Source: a virus. From it: a DNA stretch of 64,000 nt. Below, one piece after another: positions 26,649 to 35,591 of the stretch. The notes under the pieces are model-generated. The model did no database searches and was not told the DNA's origin. It saw nothing but the letters and a program-made list of their open reading frames with translations. A program made the position numbers and the translations under genes. The stretch is taken from IMG/VR virus record IMGVR_UViG_3300017527_000761, one strand, 5' to 3'. How positions within the stretch are numbered: position 1 is the stretch's first letter; the number at the start of each line of letters is the position of its first letter.

Positions 26649-27068
26649 ATGGCTGGATTAAATGTCGATCAAATCCTTGAAAAATTAGGACGACAAAAAA
26701 CTGCAGAAGAAAAGCTGGTTGAAGGATTAAGCGAGAAAGAAGAAGCTGCAGAAGAAGTAAAAGCCGAAGAAACCTCAGCGGAAGAAACTTCTAAAGAAGC
26801 AGAAGAATCTAAAGAAGAGGTTAAAGAAGAAGTAAAAGAAGAAGAAAAAGAAGCTGAAGCTGAAGTGAAAGAAGAAGTGAATGAAGAAGTGAAAGAAGAA
26901 GAAAAAGAAGCTAAAGCTGAAGTTAAGGAAGAAACCGAATCTAAAGAAGAAACTGTTGAAGAACCTAAATCAGAATCTGAAATTAAATTAGCTGAAGCAG
27001 AAGAAGCTTATAATGCAGCAAAAGCTGTGGTAGAAGCAGAAGAAGCTGAAAAAAAACGTAGAGGCTGA
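26649..27068 (+). CDS. acidic E/K-rich scaffold-like protein (upstream frame)
   Basis: EEVKEEVKEEEKEAEAEVKEE repeats. Ends 10 nt after an A8 run. The +1 frame continues the same composition. Confidence 0.45.
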   Translation: MAGLNVDQILEKLGRQKTAEEKLVEGLSEKEEAAEEVKAEETSAEETSKEAEESKEEVKEEVKEEEKEAEAEVKEEVNEEVKEEEKEAKAEVKEETESKEETVEEPKSESEIKLAEAEEAYNAAKAVVEAEEAEKKRRG

Positions 27069-27126
27069 AAAGCTTGCTGCAGAAGAAGCTGAAAAAGTTA
27101 AAGAAGCTGAAGAAACTGGAGCAATC

Positions 27127-27342
27127 ATGGCACGCTCATTTCATGCAGAGATAAAAAAATTAGCCGAAGCAGAAATGAATGAAGAAGTGGTTGAAGAGGT
27201 AAAGGAAGAGGTAAAAGAAGAAGTAAAGGAAGAAGTTAAAGAAGCTGAGAAAGAAGAAAAAGTTGAACCAGCAGAAGAAGAACTTTCTAAACAGGCTCAG
27301 GTACTTGTCAATCTCTATCAAAAATTATGGGGGGAAAACTAA
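27127..27342 (+). CDS. acidic scaffold-like protein segment (probable continuation via frameshift)
   Basis: Frame is open from about 27034. Same E/V/K repeat composition as the upstream ORF. Confidence 0.4.
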   Translation: MARSFHAEIKKLAEAEMNEEVVEEVKEEVKEEVKEEVKEAEKEEKVEPAEEELSKQAQVLVNLYQKLWGEN

Positions 27343-27665
27343 TGAGTTTACTAGAAAGGTATGAATTAATGAAACAAGCTGAACAAGAAGTAGAAGTTTC
27401 TGAGGAAGAAGTAAAAGTCGCTTCTGAAAGAATGGATATTCTTGCTAAGTACGCCGAGGTTGCCGACGAAGCTCTTAAAGCTGAATATGGCGAAGACTAT
27501 GAATTAGAAGATGTCGAGAAATTGGCAGAAATGTTAATTCAAAATGATTTGCAAATAGAAGAAGAGGAAGTAAAAGTAGCAGAATTAGTCGAATCGGGAA
27601 AAATTCTTGCACAATCTTTTGCTGAAGAACTTCAGACTATCGCAGATAACACTGAAGAAAAATAA
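27342..27665 (+). CDS. acidic coiled-coil protein
   Basis: Start at the ATG overlapping the upstream stop (MSLLERYELMKQ). ORF track gives 27327. Confidence 0.4.
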   Translation: MSLLERYELMKQAEQEVEVSEEEVKVASERMDILAKYAEVADEALKAEYGEDYELEDVEKLAEMLIQNDLQIEEEEVKVAELVESGKILAQSFAEELQTIADNTEEK

Positions 27666-27668
27666 AAA

Positions 27669-28007
27669 TTGAATCTAATGGATGCTGAATTACAAAAATT
27701 AGCCGCAGATGCTATTGTTCAATTACAGGAAGAGATTCTTGAAAAAACGGCAGAGCTTGAAACTAAAAATAAGGCACATGAACTTGCGTTCCGACTTTTC
27801 AAGTTGGGTTCTATTCCTGTCGAAGAACTAGAGTCTTCTATTGAAAAATTTGCATCAAAAACTATGGAAGAATTAAATTTAATGGAGAAAGCCATTGAAT
27901 TCAATGCACATGAGGGTAATACTAAATTCGGCACCCTTAGTTCACGCATACAAGACGACGATACGTTAGACCCGTTGACTCGTTATTTATTATCAGATGT
28001 ACTCTAA
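27669..28007 (+). CDS. helical hypothetical protein (112 aa)
   Basis: ORF. Confidence 0.45.
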   Translation: MNLMDAELQKLAADAIVQLQEEILEKTAELETKNKAHELAFRLFKLGSIPVEELESSIEKFASKTMEELNLMEKAIEFNAHEGNTKFGTLSSRIQDDDTLDPLTRYLLSDVL

Positions 28008-28038
28008 ATGGGTACATATTAATTGGAGGAAGAAGTAA

Positions 28039-28467
28039 ATGCTTCAAATACTAAGTAGCTTAAACCTAGCAACCAGAATGGATCTTGCGTATGACACGTG
28101 GATTCTAGCTTCTGGTGTTACGGGCACTTGGGTTTCTCCTGGCGGAGATGATGACTGCGGTATACCTACTGCAGGAGATCTCGCGTTCCCAATTTGGTCA
28201 GAATCTAATAGAGACGGTAGTGCTGGTTTCTCTCCAGATATCGCTTCTACTGGAAATGTTACAGTTATCTACGGTAAATTACGTGGCGTAACAGATCAAT
28301 TTGTAGGATCACCGACAGCAGGTGCACCACTGTTTGTGGATGCAACTGGTAAATTGTCAATAACTTCTGCAGGCGACGCCGTTGTAGTAGCTTATTGCAC
28401 AAAACCATCACACTCAACAACTTATCTTGGTCAAGGATTCACAGCAATTGAATTCGTAACCGCATAA
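28039..28467 (+). CDS. possible head decoration/accessory protein
   Basis: 142-aa G/T/S-rich beta-type protein immediately upstream of the capsid gene. Call is by position only. Confidence 0.3.
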   Translation: MLQILSSLNLATRMDLAYDTWILASGVTGTWVSPGGDDDCGIPTAGDLAFPIWSESNRDGSAGFSPDIASTGNVTVIYGKLRGVTDQFVGSPTAGAPLFVDATGKLSITSAGDAVVVAYCTKPSHSTTYLGQGFTAIEFVTA

Positions 28468-28481
28468 CGGAGGGTTATAGC

Positions 28482-29402
28482 ATGGAAAATATCAGTGCCA
28501 GCACGATAAACGAACTGTTTATCCAGAAGCTGAACTCTCCTGAAGGGCTTGAAAAAGTTGCACAAGAGGGTTCTGCCTTTATTAGACAGAAACTACGTGA
28601 GGTTTCTTTCGCAAGAAAGATAGTACAACCTGAGTACGTAACAAAAATGGATCTACAGAGATCTGTAAACCATGATGGTATGGTTAAAATAGTTGACATC
28701 GAACCTGAATCTAAAGCGATGATCGTCAACTTCCGTGGTAATCCCACAAATAACTATGTAATGGGCGAAAGATATGAAATCCCATTCTTCTTCGTATCAA
28801 GTGAAGACTTCCAGAAAACAGAAGAAGAGCTTTTAGCTTATGATATGCCTTTAACTGAGGTTATCGAGAAAAACTCTGTATTGGATATTCAGGAGACAGA
28901 AGATACTGCATTTTTATCACAAGTTAATTCAGCTATCACTATCGAAGTAGCAGCAGGAAATCAGACAGCAGTGTCTGGTCTTTATGCAACTAGTGGTGAA
29001 GTAGGATCGATCGTAAAGAACGATCTTAAATCACTTTTCGATACGCTTGATGGCAACAGACTGAGAACAGAAGTTATCCTTATGGATGCTACAATGTTCA
29101 ATAGACTGTTCTTATATGATGCAACTACAGCTGGTGATGCAGTTGGTTCAGAAACTCATGTTAATGGGTATTCATATTCAACATTATTTGGTCGTAGATT
29201 GATCGTTTCTAACAAGACAGACTTGTTAGAAAATACTATCTATGCATTCACTGCACAGGAGTTCTTCGGAAACTTCTATATTCTGAATGATACTAAATTC
29301 TGGATTGAAAAGAAAAAGAATATCATTTCATGGGCAGCTTATGAAACTATTGGCATGGGAATTGGTAATACCAAATCTTGCGCTAAATTGACTCTTAGCT
29401 AA
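28482..29402 (+). CDS. major capsid protein candidate
   Basis: 306-aa ORF downstream of the scaffold-like genes, followed by the strongest intrinsic terminator in the window. Strong SD GGAGGG. Confidence 0.5.
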   Translation: MENISASTINELFIQKLNSPEGLEKVAQEGSAFIRQKLREVSFARKIVQPEYVTKMDLQRSVNHDGMVKIVDIEPESKAMIVNFRGNPTNNYVMGERYEIPFFFVSSEDFQKTEEELLAYDMPLTEVIEKNSVLDIQETEDTAFLSQVNSAITIEVAAGNQTAVSGLYATSGEVGSIVKNDLKSLFDTLDGNRLRTEVILMDATMFNRLFLYDATTAGDAVGSETHVNGYSYSTLFGRRLIVSNKTDLLENTIYAFTAQEFFGNFYILNDTKFWIEKKKNIISWAAYETIGMGIGNTKSCAKLTLS

Positions 29403-29423
29403 TCTGTAGAAATATAAGATATT

Positions 29424-29449
29424 TCGGGCCGGCATAGACCGGCCTTTTT
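29424..29449 (+). terminator. rho-independent terminator
   Basis: GGGCCGGCATAGACCGGCC hairpin followed by TTTTTTGT. Confidence 0.75.
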
Positions 29450-29459
29450 TGTATCTATC

Positions 29460-29488
29460 TTGACAATAAAGACAAATATAACTATATT
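29460..29488 (+). promoter_or_regulatory. sigma70-consensus promoter TTGACA-N17-TATATTCAATTA
   Basis: Same extended sequence as the 23272 promoter. A 59-nt leader with SD ACGGAGA precedes ATG 29548. Confidence 0.55.
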
Positions 29489-29547
29489 CAATTAATAGAA
29501 TATTCTTAATTTATACAAATTAATGTACATTAAACGGAGATAATTAA

Positions 29548-31275
29548 ATGGCTATAGTAGCTGGCGATTGGGAAGTTACCAGGTCATCAGGGAACATCCG
29601 ATATATTGGAGGCGATCATTCTTCATCCCCTACATACGCAACTGTTATTCAGTTCCATAGATGGTTGCAAGGACTAGCGGATGATGCTGTAGCGACAGGT
29701 GATGATGAGCTTGATATTACAAATACTGATCCCTCAAGACGATCAACGGACAACATTATAACGCTTATAAATGGTTATAATATAACTGCCACAGAAGCGG
29801 AGCATTTATATGATGGTTCTATTATTCAAGATGGCGGAGATGAAATATGGGACGGAATAGTAAACTTTGGAAATAGTGACGTACAAATACAATTAATACA
29901 AGATGGTGCCGTTTTAGCAGATGATTGGTGGAATTACGGTGGCGCTGGCTTGAACCCGGATGAAACTGCTGGTATTTCACACAGGTTCATGATTAAAACA
30001 AGAGATAGTGGAGCAGATATTGATGGTCGTAGACTAATTGGTACATGTCGTAGATTTGGTTATACCTATTCAGAATTCTCAATTAATGGAACTTCACGTG
30101 GTAACAACGTCCTTGCGTTAACCGATTCTAATGACTTGAATAATGAAACTGTATCCGGAGTAGTATCAACTTGGTCAGGAATTACAAATGTTACAGAAAA
30201 CTATGTAGGACTTGATGTAAATAATGATACTACAGATGAGTACTATTACTCAGAATGGGACAGAGATTCTTATACTATTAACCAGTTTTATGAAAGAATG
30301 AAATGGTTAACCACAGATGGCACCACTGAAAGCATATATGGCTTGAACGGTGAACTATTCAGAGGCATAACTCATCAAGTAGCAATTGATAGTGGCACAG
30401 GTACTTGGGCAGGAGCAGAAGAATTAACTTGGGGAGCAGGTGCTACCGCAGGTGTAGGACAACTGTTTGCAGTAGATAATAACACCGGCTCAGCTTCGAC
30501 TACCCTATGGATGCAGCTACTTAGTGGCGTAGTTCCTAGTTCACTTACTATAACTGGTACAACTAGTAGTGCAACAGCAACGGTTTTAGGATCACCAAAC
30601 ACAGAAAGATCAATTTCTAAACCTTTCTGCGGAGCTTCTACCGGTAGTGCGATTATTGGTGCTTATGGTTTAGGTATAGAAGTGCTTGACCTAACATCTA
30701 ATGATAAAGTAACTGATTTAGGAAATAATGTAATTACACCACCTAACTATGTTGAAAATACAGTTGCAGGACTTGAAAGTGGACAAGACAGAGTTCTTGT
30801 AGCTCCTTGGAATGGTTCAAGTACGGACACAAACGGTGATCCAGCAATTACAAAAGATCAGCTATCATTAGCAACTATCCTTGATGCAGATAATGAAACA
30901 GAAGTAGAAGTATCAGAAGCAATTCCTGCGGATACTCCTTCTAGTGGATATATTAGAGTAACTGATGATAATGGATTTGAGAGAAGGTTGCATTATTCAA
31001 GTTGGTCAACGAGCACATTTACAATTGATACAACTGATGGTAATGAGGATTTTCAAGGAAATGAGGCAGCAGTATCTAATGATGTATATATTGCTTACAT
31101 AGATGAATTAGCTGGCAGTTCAACTGCAACATTTACGAGTGTGCAGTCTGGAACAAGACAATTAGTTGTTATAGTTCGAGATGGTGATGCTTCACCGATC
31201 AAGCAGTTCATTTCATCTTGGTCACAGACTTCATCAGCACAGACTATTACTGCTATTAGGACTACTGATGCATAA
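29548..31275 (+). CDS. large T/S/G/D-rich virion protein (fibre/spike-like)
   Basis: 575-aa beta-rich low-complexity composition typical of receptor-binding or fibre proteins. Confidence 0.45.
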   Translation: MAIVAGDWEVTRSSGNIRYIGGDHSSSPTYATVIQFHRWLQGLADDAVATGDDELDITNTDPSRRSTDNIITLINGYNITATEAEHLYDGSIIQDGGDEIWDGIVNFGNSDVQIQLIQDGAVLADDWWNYGGAGLNPDETAGISHRFMIKTRDSGADIDGRRLIGTCRRFGYTYSEFSINGTSRGNNVLALTDSNDLNNETVSGVVSTWSGITNVTENYVGLDVNNDTTDEYYYSEWDRDSYTINQFYERMKWLTTDGTTESIYGLNGELFRGITHQVAIDSGTGTWAGAEELTWGAGATAGVGQLFAVDNNTGSASTTLWMQLLSGVVPSSLTITGTTSSATATVLGSPNTERSISKPFCGASTGSAIIGAYGLGIEVLDLTSNDKVTDLGNNVITPPNYVENTVAGLESGQDRVLVAPWNGSSTDTNGDPAITKDQLSLATILDADNETEVEVSEAIPADTPSSGYIRVTDDNGFERRLHYSSWSTSTFTIDTTDGNEDFQGNEAAVSNDVYIAYIDELAGSSTATFTSVQSGTRQLVVIVRDGDASPIKQFISSWSQTSSAQTITAIRTTDA

Positions 31276-32561
31276 TGGCTTATGGTACAGATATAGACAC
31301 ATTAAATCCCGATCACAGATGGGACTTTGATGGAGACGCATTAGATCAAGTTGGTTCCGTAAACGGAACTGCTACGTCTATAATATATACTAGTGCCGGT
31401 ATTTGTAGGGATGTTACAAATTGTGCAGAAACAAATGCTACAACAGACGATCGGATAACAATTCCGACAACGTCTGGCATAAGCAGTGCCCAGTCACGGA
31501 AAGCTGTGGCTGGGTGGTTTATGAATACTGCTATACAGCCTCCGCCAAAACGAATTTATGGCGAAGGAACGAATGCAACTTGTTTTCAGTTTGTAATGGC
31601 GTATGGTAATAATGTAATGTTTGAATGTGTAGAGCCGACAAATTTTGATCTTCAGGTATTTGGGCCGGTTATGCAGCCGAATAGAGCATATCATCTATGT
31701 GGTATTTTTGAAGGCAATGGATATGGTAATGAAGTAAGATTTTACGTAGATGGTGTAGAAATGACAGATGCAGAACCATCTGACAGGCAGCCTGATACGG
31801 CCGACCTTAATGTGAGATCTGTTGTTGAATTTGGCGATCCTGTAGGAGGTATTCCTGGAACAGTGGGTATTGGTGGAGATTTAATTCAGTTAAATGCTTG
31901 TACTAACGGAAAATGGAATGAATGGGCTACATGGGATGAAGCTGATGCAGTACTTACAGAGAATGAAGTAAGGGAAACTTTATTTGAAAAAGGAGCTTTA
32001 CCTGACATAACTATATCAACTGGTACAGAGGCTGCAATGCAAACTGCATTAGATGCGTATTCAGCAACTGAAAGAGCAGATGCTCCATTATGTTTAGAAA
32101 TTGAGGCTGTTTCAGGTGGTGGAGACTTCGAACTTGAAATCGATAATATAACATTCAATTCTTTAGCTTCAATTCATATTCAATACACTGGAACATCCGA
32201 TACTTTAACTTTGATCAATATAAATGGATCAAATTGTTCAATAACTTCTGCGCCCTTTGGCGGAAGTATAGTATTAAAAACAAGAACTACAATAACTATC
32301 ACCGCACTTAACTTGAGTGATTTTTCAGCGGTTGAGGGGGCAAGAGTTTATATTAGTGGAGTAGGAGAAACTGAAATTTTAAATGACATTACTAATGTTT
32401 CAGGAATAATTACGACTAGTTATGATTATATTACAGATCAATCTATTGTTGGGTATGTAAGACAAGGAACATCTTCTACTTACTTCCAGCAAGGAAATAT
32501 TAATGGACCTATAACTAGTGCTGGTCTGACTGAAACTATATTATTAATTCCAGACGAATAA
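31275..32561 (+). CDS. tail fibre-like protein with concanavalin/LamG-like lectin domain
   Basis: CFQFVMAYGNNVMFE...AYHLCGIFEGNGYGNEVRFYVDGVE lectin-fold pattern. C-terminal ...ILLIPDE shared with 32842..35364. Confidence 0.5.
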   Translation: MAYGTDIDTLNPDHRWDFDGDALDQVGSVNGTATSIIYTSAGICRDVTNCAETNATTDDRITIPTTSGISSAQSRKAVAGWFMNTAIQPPPKRIYGEGTNATCFQFVMAYGNNVMFECVEPTNFDLQVFGPVMQPNRAYHLCGIFEGNGYGNEVRFYVDGVEMTDAEPSDRQPDTADLNVRSVVEFGDPVGGIPGTVGIGGDLIQLNACTNGKWNEWATWDEADAVLTENEVRETLFEKGALPDITISTGTEAAMQTALDAYSATERADAPLCLEIEAVSGGGDFELEIDNITFNSLASIHIQYTGTSDTLTLININGSNCSITSAPFGGSIVLKTRTTITITALNLSDFSAVEGARVYISGVGETEILNDITNVSGIITTSYDYITDQSIVGYVRQGTSSTYFQQGNINGPITSAGLTETILLIPDE

Positions 32562-32563
32562 TC

Positions 32564-32842
32564 ATGAAAGATTTAGAAAGAAAAATTAGCGAGTATTTAT
32601 TAGAAGCTTCTTTAATCAGAGAATTTTATGAAGCTATGATAAATATAGATACTGGGAAAACTCAACAAAATTGGTGTATAGAAAAATATGGAGAAGCAGC
32701 AAATATACAACGAGATTCTAGATTTATAAAATATGAACAACTAGGAACAATTTTAAAAGAAGTGCTAGAAGCATTTCCTAAATCAGAAGAATACCCTGAT
32801 ATTGAAAAGTTTATTCGTAAGCAAACAGGATTGGATTTCTAA
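32564..32842 (+). CDS. hypothetical protein (92 aa)
   Basis: ORF between the paralogous fibre genes. Confidence 0.4.
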   Translation: MKDLERKISEYLLEASLIREFYEAMINIDTGKTQQNWCIEKYGEAANIQRDSRFIKYEQLGTILKEVLEAFPKSEEYPDIEKFIRKQTGLDF

Positions 32843-35364
32843 TGGCTATCGCTATAACAGGTAATGGTGCTACAAGTTACACCGCAGTTCGAACATCAAT
32901 AACTCTAACTATTCCAGGAGGAGCCGGTAGTGGAGACTTGATGATTGCAGTATGTTATGAGTCTGAAAATACCAGTGCCGGGACTTGGGACGATGATGGT
33001 GGTGGTGGGAATGATTGGATACAATTGCATTATGCTCGAAGTACACAGGGCAGAGATAGAGAAACAGCAATCTATTGGAAATTTCATGATGGCAGTGAAT
33101 CGAATCCTACATTTACTCATGGTTTATCTGAGCCTATGAATGGCATGATATTTACTTTTAGTGGTGTAGATACTGTCACCCCTTTTGAATGGAAGTTTCT
33201 TGCAGGAAATGATACTATAAATCCTACTAATACTGCCATTGGTTGTGCTGCTGATAATTCCTTGGCCTTAGTTGTTCAATGTGCTACTCATGATGACATT
33301 GACACTACAGGTGTGCCAAGTGGGTATACACTAAGAGCAGAGGTGACTGTGTCAAGATCCGGAACCGACTTTGACCATACTGACCAATTTGGTGCAACTA
33401 AATCTGGAATTTCAGCAGGAACTGAAACTCCTGGTGCATGGACTCACTCAGGTACCCCGACGACGACGGCAGAATATCATTGCTATACTTTTGCAATCAT
33501 GGAAGTACAGAATGTTCGTGTAACAGATTTTAATACAACCGAAGAATTTACTTGGGGCGCCACAGGGTTGGTCGTAACCGGAACGGGATTTGAAGCTTCT
33601 CAGGGAAGTGGTAAAGTAGAGTTTTGGTCTGACCTTTCTGGAACAATCAAAACTGTCCAGACAATTGATACCTGGTCTGCCACATCTATTACTATAGATA
33701 CTGTACAGGGTTCTCTTGGCGATAAAACTACTGTGTATATGGTAGTCACTAATGATTCTGCCGAAAAAAGTGCAGCATTTGCTTGCGACGTGGGATTCCT
33801 TGAATATGTTGAGATTATAGGTAAGTTAAAACCAGATCATTATTGGAAACTCGATAATTCTTACACAGATACTGGCAATACTGGTCCTCAATTAGATATG
33901 GGCACAAGTGATCATGCTTCGGATTATGGAGCTTTTACAGCTTCTGGAACCGTTATTGCTGAAGATAGTGACTATGCTTGGAAAGTAGATGCCGTAACAG
34001 AAGCAAGAGAAATAGCCGATAGTCCGAATATGAACGTTACTATTTCATCACAGGAAAGAACGGTCGCTGGCTGGATACAGCTCGGCGGAGTACAACAATC
34101 TCTGGGGTGTGTCTGGAAAGAAGGGGGCCAGATACAGAATCTAGCATTTGTAGTGGGAATAGGAAATGTACTCCTTGCTCAATTGGCTGATACCGCCGGT
34201 ACTAGAGATAACGTACAAGCTGTAGCCGATGTTCGACTGACTCCAAATAGACCTTACCACATTTGTATGAGGTATACACATCTCGAAACTACGAAAGAAT
34301 TTTTATTATTTTTAGACGGGGAAGAGCAAACTGTTACTGATGGTAATCCAATGACGCTCGGAATTTTTGATACACATTCAGGAAACGTAGTTTGGGCTGA
34401 TCCTGACAATAACCTCGAGACAGGCACCACAGATATTTCTTATGCAGGACAAGAAGATTGCACGTATTCTCATTGGGTTACATGGAGCGATAATTCACAA
34501 GGCGGTAGTGCAGGAGCATTGGATCCCACAACAGAAATTCGTGATAAATTATTTAGAAGGGGAGCATTATCTAAATATACTATTTCTACTGATACTGAAG
34601 CTAATATGCAAGCAGATTTAAATACACAGCTTAGTGGTTCTGAAGTGGAAGATTGGCCGTTAGGGATTAGAATTGAAGCTCCGACTGGAGATGGAGATCT
34701 AGAATTGATTGCTAGTGGTATTACTTTTGATAGCAGAACTACAGCACAGCTAGAATGGAGAGGTACTGGAACTCTTACATGGGTATTAGAGGATGGATCA
34801 GAACTGGATTCTGATAAAATATTTTCTCCCTTAAGAGGAAACGTAACAATAATAAATGCTCCAGCTGTGACAATAACAGTAAAAAATGCTTCAGATGCAT
34901 CAGTAGTATCGGGTGCGCGAGTACGCATAAGAGCAGCATCTGGAGGAGACATGCCTTTCGAAGAATCTATAACAATAGTTAGATCTGGTTCTACTGCAAC
35001 TGTGACTCATACCGCACACGGAATGCGTACTGGACTAAAAATATTTATAAAAGGAGCTACTCAAAAAGAGTATAATGGTACATATGAGATTACTGTTACA
35101 GATGTAGATACATATACTTATACTGTTAGCGGTACCCCAGATAGTCCAGCTACTGGAACAATTAAGGCTACTGCTACTCTTTTATCTGATGCAACAGATG
35201 GTTCTGGAGAAGCAACATTTAATCATAGATATACATCAGACCAGCCTATGCTAGGAATAGCTAGATCTGCTACTGCAGGAACTCTATATTCACAGGGAAA
35301 TTTATCTGCAACTATAAGTGCTACTGGGTATACAGGAGTAATATTATTAATCGAGGATGAATAA
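32842..35364 (+). CDS. tail fibre-like protein, paralogue of 31275..32561 with LamG-like domain
   Basis: Shares internal blocks (FEKGALPDITISTGTEAAMQ vs FRRGALSKYTISTDTEANMQ; GGDFELEIDNITFNS vs DGDLELIASGITFDS) and the C-terminal ILLIEDE. Confidence 0.55.
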   Translation: MAIAITGNGATSYTAVRTSITLTIPGGAGSGDLMIAVCYESENTSAGTWDDDGGGGNDWIQLHYARSTQGRDRETAIYWKFHDGSESNPTFTHGLSEPMNGMIFTFSGVDTVTPFEWKFLAGNDTINPTNTAIGCAADNSLALVVQCATHDDIDTTGVPSGYTLRAEVTVSRSGTDFDHTDQFGATKSGISAGTETPGAWTHSGTPTTTAEYHCYTFAIMEVQNVRVTDFNTTEEFTWGATGLVVTGTGFEASQGSGKVEFWSDLSGTIKTVQTIDTWSATSITIDTVQGSLGDKTTVYMVVTNDSAEKSAAFACDVGFLEYVEIIGKLKPDHYWKLDNSYTDTGNTGPQLDMGTSDHASDYGAFTASGTVIAEDSDYAWKVDAVTEAREIADSPNMNVTISSQERTVAGWIQLGGVQQSLGCVWKEGGQIQNLAFVVGIGNVLLAQLADTAGTRDNVQAVADVRLTPNRPYHICMRYTHLETTKEFLLFLDGEEQTVTDGNPMTLGIFDTHSGNVVWADPDNNLETGTTDISYAGQEDCTYSHWVTWSDNSQGGSAGALDPTTEIRDKLFRRGALSKYTISTDTEANMQADLNTQLSGSEVEDWPLGIRIEAPTGDGDLELIASGITFDSRTTAQLEWRGTGTLTWVLEDGSELDSDKIFSPLRGNVTIINAPAVTITVKNASDASVVSGARVRIRAASGGDMPFEESITIVRSGSTATVTHTAHGMRTGLKIFIKGATQKEYNGTYEITVTDVDTYTYTVSGTPDSPATGTIKATATLLSDATDGSGEATFNHRYTSDQPMLGIARSATAGTLYSQGNLSATISATGYTGVILLIEDE

Positions 35365-35366
35365 AA

Positions 35367-35591
35367 ATGGAAGCAGGAGAAATAGAATTAAGGCAAGCAT
35401 TTGAGGAAGTAACTACTAATAATGTAAAGGCAACAGTAGCATTTACTAATGAAACCAGAAAATTAGTAAAGGAATTAGAAGATAAGGTAATATTACTAGA
35501 AGGCCGACTTAGAGAACAAGATTCTACTATTGAAAACTTGAGACTACAATTATCTAGTGTACAGCAAAAATTATATAGCGGAGGCAGTTAA
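35367..35591 (+). CDS. small coiled-coil protein (74 aa)
   Basis: Heptad-like LEDKVILLEGRLREQDSTIENLRLQL. Confidence 0.45.
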   Translation: MEAGEIELRQAFEEVTTNNVKATVAFTNETRKLVKELEDKVILLEGRLREQDSTIENLRLQLSSVQQKLYSGGS

